DNA of 64,000 nt. It comes from Lama glama (Eukaryota). The notes beneath the pieces are model-generated. The model had not been told where the DNA came from. It made no database searches and saw only the letters and a program-made list of their open reading frames with translations. Shown here piece after piece: positions 42,750 to 54,630 of the stretch. Within the stretch, counting starts at the first letter, position 1, and every line of letters begins with the position of its first letter. The translations under genes were made by a program, and so were the position numbers. The stretch spans positions 4,342,001 through 4,406,000 of the forward strand of contig CM052817.1 of NCBI GenBank assembly GCA_028534125.1, in the 5' to 3' direction.

Positions 42750-45700
42750 ACTATTACCACTACTGTTATTATTTACAAGTAATCCTGTTCCCAGGCCCTG
42801 GGATCTCCCAGATCCACATGTGGAAGGAAGACTTTCTCCTCCCGGCCTGGCTGCAGAAGTGACGTATGAGATGAGGATAAGGATGGGTAGGTGAGATGGG
42901 GGCAGGTGACTTGAAGCTAAGAAATGGGCAAGGAATGTGCCAGGGATTGGTGCGGCTGGGACGAGGGCTCACGAAAAAGCAGCAGGACCCAGAGGAAAGC
43001 TGACTGGGCCAGATCACAGAGGACATTAGAGGCCAGACCAAGGAGCTGGGAATTCTACAGGAAATGAGACACCGTGAAAGTTCTTGTGTAGAGGAGTGGA
43101 GATTGATTTTTTTTTTTAAGCTCAATCCTGTGTTGAGTTTTCCCATAAAGGGAAACTTGCAGAGATTTTTGTATGGATGGTATTTGGACAGAAGGATCAT
43201 AAAGGCAGCGGTGGCATGCAACAGATCAATGCGTTTGAACGATTCATGATTTTGAAGAAGAGCTGCTGACACTTCCTGTGGGCTCCCCAGGTGCCGGGCA
43301 CTCATTACTATTTATTTAGTTGTTTAATCTTCACAGGCACCCAGTGGGGCCCTGTATTTTGATCATCCCTTCTTGCAGATGCAGAAACTGAGGCAGAGAG
43401 GATAAATAAATTGTCCAGGGGCTCAGGTGGCGAGGGCGCTGGTTCTGGAGTCCACTTTCCACCCCTAAACCAACGACGTCATTCCTCCAGTTTTAGAGGG
43501 ACCGAGGGAAGGCGGCCCTGGCTCCCTTCCCTCCTCTGCTCCCCCTTGCTCTCTGTTCTCCTCCTTTCCTGACGCCCTCCTTCTGCCCCTCTCCACTGCA
43601 GGCTTGCCACCAGGATCCCAGCCTTCTGGCTTTTTTTTTCTGTCTTAACGGGGACCACTTCCATCCCTCCCAGGGCTGCTGGAGCACCTGCCTTGAGAAT
43701 GGGTCCTCCATGTGGGTCCAGGCCAGAGAGGACCTCGCTGCTGCCCCACAAGCACCTGAGCCCTGCAGGGAGAAGCCACTACAGGACAGAACAGGGTGAA
43801 ACAGTCCTGCCTGAGACAGCCCCCACCCCCTCCATCCCGGCAGCAGACATTTAGCGAGTCCGGGCTGGCCGGGTATTGGTGTTAGGGACACAGGGATGAG
43901 AGAGACAGCGCCAGCCCTCAGGGACTCTGGTCACATGAGCGAGGAATTGGAGTGTAGCCTGATGTGATGGATGCGTGTTGGGAGAGGAGAGGTCATGGAA
44001 GTTCCCGGCGGTGGCAGATGGAGACTGTGGGGGTGGGAATGGGGGGGGGGTGCCGACAGGAACGACCACTCAAAGAGGCTGGCGAAGTAGAAAAACCCCC
44101 AGTCACAAAGTTCTGGGAATGGGACTGTTAGCCTCTGGAGCTTGGATCTTCTCCCAGAATCAGTAGGGAGCCACCCGGAGTTTTTAAGCAGGGCCGTACC
44201 AGCGTATATTTGTATTCTGTGAAGTGAATTTTAAAAAGCACTTTAAAAAAAGTGTTTTCCTGTGCCCCACTGCATCTGATCATCCTCCACCCTCCGTGAG
44301 AAAGGAGGGCTGGTCAGACAATCCCCATGTTACAGATGGGGAAACTGAGTTGCAGAAGGACTGAAAAAGGACTAAACTTACTGAGTTGCTTATGATCAAT
44401 GCAGCAAAACCAGGCTCCAGTGCAGGACTTCTCGCCTCAGCACTCCTCCTCGTCCCTGGGTTGGGGGGTAGCTCTTCTGAAAGGAGACTTCCCTATGAAA
44501 GCTTATCTAGAGCAGAGGTCAAGAGGATAACAGTTAAAAATAATGATAATCTTTTTGCCATTTGTCGAGTGCCTGCTGTGTGCCAGTGTGTTAGCTGTCA
44601 GTAACGCATCATCTGTACCAGTCCACGAGCTGGCAACGTCCTCCTGCAGCGAAGGAGGCTGAGGTTCCGAAGAGCTGAGCTGCTTTCTATGTGGTGGCGG
44701 ATCTGGGAGTTCTGTGCCCTCTTTGATGTGTGGATCCTCTAAAAGAGCCCAGCCTCCCTGCTCGTGTGGGGGCTCTATTACCAGACCAAGGATGGAAAGT
44801 GCTAGAGTGCAAATGAAACCCTGCTCTCTGGGGCGTTCAGCTAAGTCCTGTGGGCGTGGTTCATCTGCCTGTGAAGACAGGTGGCCACTGGCCTGATACC
44901 TAGCAGGTTATTCAGGTCCATCTGCCGTCCTGCCTGGGAAGATGGGCCGAAGTCCAAACACTGTGCAGAAATGAGGCCCCAGAAAGTCGTGGTATTAGAA
45001 AGAGCTGAGTGTTTGGGGGTCCAGATAGTCAGTGGGCAAACGCTGAGCAGCACGGCTTCTAACCAAGCTTCCTGTGTGGCCTCTTACAGTTCGACTTACT
45101 GCCCAGCCTCAGTCTCCCTTCCTCTGGGTGCTCTGTAAATTTTCTTGAATAAATGAACAAAGGGAGGAAATGACATTTAGACAATGACAACACAAGGTGG
45201 TGAATTCTGTGTTAAAGTCCAGAGGAAGAGGCCTGGATCCAGCCAGGGGATGAGTGGGTGGATGGAGGGAGCAGGCGTGTGTAATCCAAGAAGGCTTCCT
45301 GGAGGAGGTGGGCACGTGTCTTCCTGCGGAGAGAGTAGGAAGTGGCGGAGGGCTGCTGTGTTAGAAGGATAGAGAGAATGAGAGCAGAGTCAGCGGCTGG
45401 TGTTTGGAGAGTGGAACGTGGAGGACTCAGGATCAAAAGAGGCCGGTTACTAGTTCTGTTTGGTCTCTTAAGAGCTGCACAACCTCAGGGAAAATAACTC
45501 TCTGTGTCTGAGCCCCTTTTCTCTTCCGTGAAGTGAGAGCCCCAGTCAGTAAGCCCACCTCCCCCCCCCCGGGAGACTGAAAGTGGTCACCAGCGAGAGG
45601 GTGTGTCCCCCTGCACAGGAAGCCGAACGTGACTCCTCCTGGCGCCATTCCGACCCCCGAGGAGACAGCTCTGTTTTCTCCTTCCTTTGCACTGGATACA

Positions 45701-46369
45701 AACCACAGAGGTCATGGGAACGCACCAGCCAAACAGCCTGGACAGCGAGGCCCCCGGGCTCATTGAGGGGTGTTTTCGGTTCAGTCCCAGACTCGGGGAG
45801 TGTCTTTTCAGCCGGGCCTGGCAGAGCTGCGTTCCAGTGACCTGTGAAATCTGGGCAGGAGGCTTTCATTCTCCCCCCGCTGGAACAGACCCAGGCACTT
45901 CCGCTTCACTGCGAGTATACCAGTTGGGCTGAACCGTTTGCTCACTAAGCACAAGGCATTGATGCAGTCTTGCCCGGGGCTGTGCCCCCTCCTTTCCTTC
46001 CTCTGTACCCTCCCCACCTCTCTCCTTCCACCTATGCCCTTCAACATTTTTTGGAGCATCTCCCAGGCCCTGGCTGGGCACCATGGTTGTCAGGGTTGAA
46101 TCTGAACATGGTCCCTGCCTGCAGGGGACTCACATGCTCCCAGGGGAGACAGATGCCTGGAACTGACTGCACCCCTACTGGAAGGGTACCCAGGCGCTGG
46201 AGTAGCAATCTGATCTCCCCATGTGGACTGGGACTGGGGGGCTCTTGCTCCGTGCACCCCATTACAAAGCTGCTGCATCTGTCTCCCTAGTGTGACGCTG
46301 GGGAGGGGCTGCTCAGATGCATGCCGATTAAAATGGTTAAAATTGCCTACTATTTCAAGGTTTACAAAA

Positions 46370-46430
46370 CCACAATGTTTTGACCGTCCTGGCAGCCTTA
46401 TAGGGGGCCAACTGAAAAGAAAAAGGCTCA
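46370..46430. mobile_element. Possible MamSINE1 remnant
   Basis: cagccttatagggggccaactgaaaag resembles my recollection of the MamSINE1 core. Confidence 0.4.
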
Positions 46431-47080
46431 GAGGAGTTTGATGATGGTTTGAGCCAACACTTGAAGCCAGTTGGTTTGAGATGATACAACCCAGGGTGGG
46501 ACCCGGGTGTCAAGATCTGGCCCTGGAGAGCTTTTCAAACAGCACCTGGCACAGAGCACACACCCAGTAATGTTGGCCCTTATCACTAGTCGGTATTTTC
46601 AAAGAAATGGAAGTTGTACAGGGACCCCAGCTCCCCCGATTCCAGTCCTGCATCGGTGCCCCACCCCCGCCCCCAAAATGGGCGCCTCTGCCTGGGACCC
46701 AACGATTTCCATGCGACACCTGCTTGTCGCCACGCCTGGAGGCGTCATGCAAGTCCTGTAAACACAGAGCAAAAGCTACAGGCCATAAACATTCACGGGG
46801 CTATAAACCTACCACGTAAAAGTCACCCGAATCTGCCCTGCTCTGGTGGTGCCCAATGACGTTCGCTCACTGCGGGGTCGCTAATATTTCAGGCTGGTTA
46901 TTGTGACAACAGCCCCTAATGATCCAGCGTCTTCAGCACTGAATTACCCTTTGTTAGATGATAACAGAATTAGGTAGTTGGCTCAGGCTTTTGAACTTTT
47001 AACTCTCTCTCAATTTTATGGTGGTCTCTACTCATGGAGTCTTTGGGTTTGGCTCAAGCAGCGCTCCAGACAGCTTCCAG

Positions 47081-47105
47081 CTTCTGGAAGCTTCTAGAAA
47101 TTTCT
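47081..47105. promoter_or_regulatory. Perfect five-pentamer heat shock element
   Basis: cTTCt gGAAg cTTCt aGAAa tTTCt: five alternating nTTCn/nGAAn units. Confidence 0.55.
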
Positions 47106-48342
47106 AGTTTCTACCATTGTATTTACTCAAGACGTGCTTAGCAGACAGAAGCTTCCTCTCCCTAAGTGTCCCACTTTGATTTTTCTGTTTTGTAAATTTC
47201 TCGCCTTTCCTTCTGTCCTTTTGCTTCCAGGTCACTGTTATTAAAAAGCAATCCACGTCCGAGTCAGTTCTCTTGGGCTTTTCAGAAGTGTATATTTCAT
47301 ATTGGCATCGAAGTCGAGAAGATTTAATGTTATTCCTAAAGGAAAAGCTACTTGCTTTTGCAAAACAAAATGTAAATTCCAGCTACCTTGGTGTTGGGTT
47401 TGGGATAAAGGGGTATTTACACAACGTCCAGCCTTGAAAATAAGGCAGATATGGGCTTGAAAAAAATGCTTGCTGACAGATGAGCCAGTGGCCTGAAAAA
47501 TGTTCCTGCCCTTTGACTGGGCGATAACCCTTGGGGAAGATCCTCTCCTTAGCTGGTCACTCAGACACAAACATGACTAATTGCACAATTTATCACAGTA
47601 TGATTTATGGCAGCAAGCTATTCAGGGCGGTCTAAATGTCCAACTGCAGGAAATGGGTAAGTAAGTGACGATCTATCCCCTCAGTGAAATATCGGCCACT
47701 TAACATTCATGCAACACATCTATCTATTAAGCGCTGACTGTGTACTAAGGACTGTTAGGAGGTGGGCTTACGACGATGAACCAGCAGATCATACAGCTGT
47801 TAATAATGGCTGCTGCAAACACAATGCCTTGAGGAAATCTTACAATGCTAAGTCAAAACGCTCGTGAAATTTTATGATCTTAGTTCTGTGGAAAACACAC
47901 ACGCAAATGTATTTTCTGGAAAGCTGACTTATTTTCTGTTTTTATCTATTTCCCCCAAATAGCCTAAGGTGCACATACAAATTCTATAGTGGGGGAAAAA
48001 GTAATTTTTAAAAGGCATTTTAGCGTATTAATTCGGAGGTGCCACTATTAGGAACTGTGTCTGTATGTCAGAAGTCATTGCCCCTTTAAAAGTGACATGG
48101 AGGGTGTCCTCCACAGTAAGAACGGCTCCCGGCCCCAGGGAGATGTTTCATCACTGGAAAGTGTGGGAGGTTTGTGCATTCAGCTCATGCTGTGCCCTCC
48201 CCTCTTTCTCCAGAAGCTCACCGAGAATCTCGCCTTCTCTGTTCCTGACCACGTGTGCGGGGACCTGCCGGCTGCTTGCCTACAGAGCAAACAAAGGTAC
48301 TGCGTCTGCTCCCGGCATTCCCTGGTGCCGGCTGCGCGCGCC

Positions 48343-48369
48343 TGTGTGTGTGTGTGTGTGTGTGTGTGT
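48343..48369. repeat. (TG)n microsatellite
   Basis: Direct reading. Confidence 0.95.
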
Positions 48370-49639
48370 CTATGAGAGGGAGAGAGCCAGCCCGCCAAAG
48401 ATCTTTGTTTATTGTTTACTGTTTTCACCTTTGACCTTGTAAGATTAACTACTCTGCGGTTCATATCCCAGGACCCTGCGTATGGTAGACACTCACTGAA
48501 TATGAAAGTGAATTAAGACACATTGTTCAGGGAAATTTTGTGAACGAATTTTATTTCTACTGTTGACTTAATGAGCTCCATCTCAATTAAATGATCAGGT
48601 GTGTTATGAACATTTAACGTTTATGGAAGATTGTAAACTTTACGTTCCTTAATGTTGCAAGTTCCATGGGTTAATTTCAGCTCCATATTTGCAGACTTCT
48701 CCACCGAGTTGTAAGTGGGACTCAGGAGATGACAGGCAGGTCTCTGGTCCTGGCGGAACTCAGGGTCCCCTCAGGGATATTTACACAGCTGAAATCAGAC
48801 AATGGTGTTATTGTGTGAACAGTGCTAAGAGCCAAAGGAAGGCGCCTGGCCCCCGCCGAATGGCAGTGTAGTTGTGGAAGGATTCCTGGACGAAGCCACG
48901 TCTAAGCTGAAACATAGAGACTGGAAAAGTTCTCAGGCAGAGGGCAGGGGTAGAAAGCAGGAAAGTTCTAGGCAGAGGGAACAAAATGTATAGGAGTCAG
49001 AGCCTAAAAAGAGGAGGAGGAGTCGAGTGTGGCTGGAGGGGGTGTGGTCAGGGACTCAGTGATGGTCTGGAGAAGGCAGCGGGGTCTGGAAGACCTCTGC
49101 TCTTGAGGCACTGGAGTCCTGACGGTGGCCCTGGACACATGCAGCCAACTCATGTGTTGCCAGGAGACCAGATTTGAGGTCCTGACGCCGAGTCACCTCC
49201 GGATGATCCATCCTTTGGCTTCGAGGCCTAGCTGGCTCCAGGGGGCACTGCACATCGGTCCTTCTGCACCCCCTTACCCTCCCAGGGCTCTCACAGTGCT
49301 CATGGCCGCTGACAGTGTGCCTCTGCTCCTGTCTGCCTTCCCCTCTGCCGTGGAGATCCCAGAGCGCAGGACCTCCATGCATTTCACCTGAAAAGTGCAC
49401 ACGTAGAAAGCGCCCCCCAAATATTTATCGACTGAAGGAGTGAGAAAGTTAATGAATGGGCAATAGAGGCGCTGGGCTTCCCCCTAAGGCCAGCGAGCAG
49501 GTGTCCCGGCTGGGTGGTCGTGGTGGGGGGGTGTGGCATTTTCTACTTATAAACTGGTTTATTTCAGTCGGCTTATTCAGCCCTTCCTTTGGCTCAGAAA
49601 TGTGGTCTCCAGGTCAGAGGGCACGGACGCTCTGCTCGT

Positions 49640-50110
49640 TCTTTCTTTTTTTTTTTCATTGAGGTAAATAACGTAAACTCATCATTCTAATCATTTTAAA
49701 GTTTACAACTCAGTGGCTTTGAGTACATTCACCATGTTGTGCAGCCATCACCGCTGTCTAATCTCAGAACCTGTTCATCATGCTAACAAGAAACCCCAGA
49801 CCCTCTAAGCAGCCAGTCCCCATCCCCTGGTCCCCTCAGCTTCTCAAAACCACTAATCTTTTTTCCCATCTCTATAGATTTCATTCTTTTGGACATTTCT
49901 TTTAAAGTGAATCATAGCATATCTGGTCTTTGGTGTCCAGCTTCTTTCACTCAGCACGGGGTTCCAAGGTTCACCCACGTTGTAACGTCAGTCTCTCATC
50001 CCTTTTTATGGCTGAATAATAATCCACTGTGTGCACAGGCCACACTTTTTCATCCATTCATCAACTGATGGACATTTGAGTTGCTTCCATTTTTTGGACA
50101 ATTATGAATA
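49640..50110 (-). mobile_element. L1MB-type 3'UTR fragment
   Basis: Poly-T, then attgaggtaaa...cattttaaagtttacaactcagtggc...acattcaccatgttgtgcagccatcacc...tggctgaataataatcc...gatggacatttgagttgcttcca. Confidence 0.8.
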
Positions 50111-52189
50111 TTTCAGTTACCAAACTAATACGTGTTCATTATGAAAACATAAACCTGACAGAAATACACACATATGGTAAAGAGAAAGTTCCCTTGAGCC
50201 CCGCCTCACGACAACCATCACCATCCGTCCACAGGTGACTCTGCCTGACCGTCTTCCCTGCCTCTTTAAGTTTTGCTGAGAACGTTCCCTGAGGCTGCGG
50301 CTCTTCCCAGCTCGCCCAGGCCCCAAGACCTCCTGCCCATCTTCCTTCGCCTCCCTAACACCAGCTCACTTCCAACTCTCACGAGGTGTGGCCACCTCCA
50401 GAAGCCATCCCTGGTACCCAAGGAGGAGTCCTGAGCTGGCCTCGCCTTCCCCGGTCCCGTCCTCACCCTAAACCCTGGCAGGAGTGTCTGTCTCTCTTCG
50501 GTCTCCTCCCTAGGGCCAGGACCACACCTCCTTGTCTCTCTGAGACTACAGGGCCTCATGCTCAGAAAATGATTTGCTGAATATGGGATATGCAGGTCAG
50601 AGGCAGGTTGTCATAGAAACCCAACTTGGGGATGCCTGGGACGGGGACCCGTCTGTTTGACGCAGCCACCCTTCTGTCAGCATTTCCAGTGACAGATTGT
50701 TTGCCTATGGGATCGCCGGGAACAGAATCTCCTTTGGTGCAGCCTTGCCCACAGGGCGACCATTGGCCTGCCTGGCCCTGTGGCCTTGGGTCAGGTTTAT
50801 TTATATTCTGGTTCTCAGGAGGCAGAAGGAATGGTCACCATTTCCTACACAAGCCCCTGTGCTCCCCAGGCCCCCTCTGCCCGGAATAGCTCTTAACAAA
50901 GAAAACGGGACCCTGGGTCTTGGAGGTCATCCACGCGGCTCCCCAGTGTACCGCATTTTCGTGCAGTCACAGTGGGAGGGGTTGCCTCCCCTCCACTTCT
51001 GCCCTGCCCTGTGCCTTCTCTCAGAACTCCCGCCACCAGCTGTTGCCCTCAAGCATTCCTGAACCCCTGGTTCCCGTGTCTCAGCCTAAACACAAACCAA
51101 AACAGAGAAGTCCCGGCTTTCCCGACCCCACTGTCCGGGTTCCCCCCTCGGCCACGTGTGCAGGGTCTGTGCTCCCCGTGACCCCGCTTCCTGGCTCCCC
51201 TCTGCCTGGCTTCTCCACAGCCCTGCCCCACTCCTCAGACACCGCTCCCACCCCGACCTCCGTGTGGGCAGCCCCCAGACCACCTCCTGGCCCTCGTGGG
51301 CCTGGCCTCTCGCCTTACTTGTACAGGAACCCCTGCTCAGAATGCTCTCCCTGGCCCCGATGCCACCCTCTCCCGGTGGCACCCCCACACCTCTTCGCTG
51401 ACCCTTCCTTCCTGCCTCCTGATGCTCTTTCCCCTGGGGCTTGGTCCTCAGCCTGGCATCCGACTCCAGCCATACGGCCTTCCCGTTTCTTCGTCCTGCT
51501 CGGATGCCCCAGTGCAACTGAGACTCACCAGATCTAAAGCAGGGCATTTATCTTCATCTGTAACGCTGCACCTCTGACATTGTGTGAACTGGCAAGTGGA
51601 CAGCCGCTCCCTGCTGCTCACCCACGTTTACACAGGCCCTCTGGTTCCTCCGGGTTGCTGGCTGGGGGCCTCTGCGCTTCCTCCCTGAGGGAGGAGGCCC
51701 AGCCACTCCGATGGGCTGTTATTCGGGGACCAGACCCTGCCTACACACTGAGGGGCGCCCCCTGTGGCTCTGTAGTGGGCTTGCGCTCGCCCTCCCCAGA
51801 TCCTCCCTTTACTGGCCCTGGGTCCTGTAACGCTTGGAGGCCATTTCCTCCTCTGTCCAAGGGGCTGACACCCAACCTCCGCCTGTGGGATGCTGAAGAG
51901 CCGTGCGGCTCCTGGGTGGTCACCAGCGTGCCCCTGAACCTCAGACCCTGCCGAGCCGGAGAGTGTCCGCCTCCGCGTCCCCAGCCTCTGCACCGTGGTT
52001 TCTTCGCCTTGGGTTTCTCATCCAGAAGCTCCTGCTTCTCCTTCAGACCCAGCTTGAAAGTCACGGCCTCCGGGATCTTTCTCCTTACCTCTGCCGCAGG
52101 CCGCGCTGGCTGCTCCAGCCTCTGCCTCCATGGCTGAGGTGCACACACCACCCTCTCACCCCAGCTGCTGCCAATGCCAGTACACCCAC

Positions 52190-53125
52190 CAAAGACCACC
52201 AGGAGCTTGCCAGCCGCGACCAAGCTGGGTTCATTTCAGTGAGACGAAAGGATACCCACCACGGGGAACGTGGGACATCCAGTTAGAACACGCTAGAAGG
52301 GCCTAACTGCAAGATTTGGGCTTCTGGGAGGTGGTTTGGGGGAGGTTTCAAGGAAGAAGGGCTTTGTTCTGGATTGGATGCTCTCAGGAAGCAGGGATCC
52401 GCCTGTGACTAAGCACCTCAATAAATTTCATCTCAAATCGGGGAAGACTTGATTGAGCAACGGTACGGATGCATTGGAGGAGCAGCAGCCCCCATGTGTA
52501 GCAGCCAATGCAGAGTCAGGGTAACGGTCCCCACACATGTCCCAGGACCTGTGAGCGCATTATGACCCATGGCAAGGAAAACGAAGGTACCTAAACAGCC
52601 GACCTTCAGATGCAGAGACCATCCTGGTTATCTGGGTGGGCCCAGTGTCATTACTGAGATCCTTAAACGTGGACAAGGGAGGCGGGAGAACAAGTGTCAG
52701 AGTGACACCGAATGAGAAGGCTCAACAGCCACGGCTGGTTCTGAGGATGGAGGAAGGGGCCACCAGCCGAGGGATGTAGGCAGCTCTCTGGATTGGAAAA
52801 GGCAAGGAAATGCATTCTGCCCTGGAGCCTCCAGTGGAACACAGCCCAGCCGACACCTGGACTTTAGCCAGTGTGGCCCGTTTCAGGCTTCTGACCTCCA
52901 GAACGGTAGGAGAAAACATTTATGTGGTTTTGTGGCGCCATGTTTGCGGTAATTTATTAGAGCGGCCCTAAGAGCTGAATGCAGCCAGGATAGGGGGCGC
53001 CTGGTCATTTCTGTGGTTTGTGCCGACCGGCTTAGCCTGTGCTTAAAGGAGGTGGCAGAGCGTTCCGGTTCGGGGTCTCACTTCATCTCTGGTCTGATCT
53101 TGATGTTCTGCGAGGTGGTTTGTGT
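52190..53125. mobile_element. Old ERVL-type LTR interrupted by MLT1D
   Basis: LTR-like text at 52190-52508 resumes at 52984-53125 (ggtcatttctgtggtttg...tggtctgatcttg). Confidence 0.5.
52509..52983 (+). mobile_element. MLT1D-like MaLR solo LTR
   Basis: TG...CA ends; 5-bp TSD gccaa/gccag; diagnostic text atcctggttatctgggtgggccc and gaaaaggcaaggaaa...ttctgccctggagcctcca. Confidence 0.8.
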
Positions 53126-53730
53126 TCACCAGGAGGGCACGTCGGCTGTGAGCACTGCCAGCTGCCGGCACCAGCCAGTGACGAGCCCAGGCCAGCCCCG
53201 CCCCCAGGGCTGCCCCTCTCTTCCTCACCGCCTTGTGGATGTGTATCCGCCTGTTCTCTGGATTTGGTGGTCTCCTTTCTGCAGAGGGACCAACCCTCAA
53301 GCCCAGAGCTCTTGCATCCTAGGCGTTTAGCATTTCTGTCGCTTTTACTCGGACATATCTGAGACAGGGCGCTCACAATTGCCACCAGCAGCTAGTCCAT
53401 TTCGAAAGACCTAGAATTCTTAGGAAAATCTTCATTCTTTAGAGCTGAAGTCATCCTTTTTAGGGTCTCTGAGAATAAGCATATTAAAAACAAAATTCAG
53501 ATAGTATCAAGTCTAAAGATACATTTCACTTCTGCTTCTTGAGGGGAAGCCTCCATATGTCTGGTCCGTGTCTATTTTCCACACATCACCACCGTGCTGC
53601 ATGCTGAGCCCTGAGCCGGTAGCACAAAGCAGTAAACTCGGAGTGTGAAGCGTCAGGTAGCAGCCCCTTATCACCTTCCCTGAAATACACAATCCCCAAG
53701 GCATCTGGCCCAGTGACAGGAGCACAGTGG

Positions 53731-54235
53731 TGTCGACTAAAACACGCACAGCCTACGAGTTGAGAGTTCCGCTGTATTCGGCGGACTTCCTGAAGACTCG
53801 AGCCAGGGACACAGCCTCTCAGATCGCGCTAAGAGACTCTTCTGCCCAGGCAAGGGAGGAGCCAGGATATACAGAGCTTTTGCAACAAGGACCAGGTAGT
53901 CAGAACATCAAAAGATTGCTGTTAATTAAAGAAAACCAGGTTATCTCGAGTCAAGGTATTTAGCGCTTTTCCAAATGTGGGAAGCTGCAAAGGTCTGGAC
54001 TTGTTGAAATCATTGCTTTGATGTGCACCTTAGCTGTCCAGGGCCAGTCTCCTGTTCCTCCACATCCCGAGTTCCCTCAGGAGGCACCACTGGGGGTGGC
54101 AGCAGAGGGAGGCTGCCTGCTTCTCTGCATCCTGAGCGCCCTCGGCTCACTGTCCAGCGTGGCAGTAGCGGCTGGTGACTCGACGGCCGCAGCACCCTTT
54201 GTTTACTGATACGGCTGCAGTATTTTTCATTCACA
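53731..54235 (-). mobile_element. ERV1 solo LTR (cetartiodactyl MER41-like), 505 bp
   Basis: TGTCGAC...TTCACA termini flanked by a perfect 4-bp TSD GTGG (53727-53730 and 54236-54239). Confidence 0.85.
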
Positions 54236-54441
54236 GTGGATAATAATAGTAGCGACCCCATGGGGTTGTCAGGAGTATTAAATTCGTATTAGGTGAGTAT
54301 TAAATTAATACTCAATGAGTATTAAATTGAGTATAAAATTAGTAAAACATATAAAGTGCTGGGCTCAGTGCTTGGCCCAGCGTTAGCACTCAGTATGTAC
54401 CCACCACCCCTGTAGTCCTCAGCATCTCTGTTGTCATTCTT

Positions 54442-54630
54442 ACTAGACTTGGAGTCAGACAGAACCAGGTTCAAATTCCAGCTCACTTGCTCTGCATCCT
54501 TGGGCAGGATGCTTGACTTCTCTGAATAGCAGTTTCTCATCTGTAAAACTGGAATGATAATTGCCTGGCGTTGCTGCTGAGCTAACTAAATAAGCGGCAT
54601 GTGTGAAAGTAGGGAGACTAACAGCGTGTG
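54442..54630 (+). mobile_element. MIR SINE (5' end resembles miR-378)
   Basis: actagacttggagtcagacagaaccaggttcaaattccagctc...cagtttctcatctgtaaaactggaatgataa. Confidence 0.75.

Noticed and set aside
53786..53796. GAS motif in the 53.7-kb LTR
   Set aside because: TTCCTGAA has only a 2-nt spacer, so it is not canonical.
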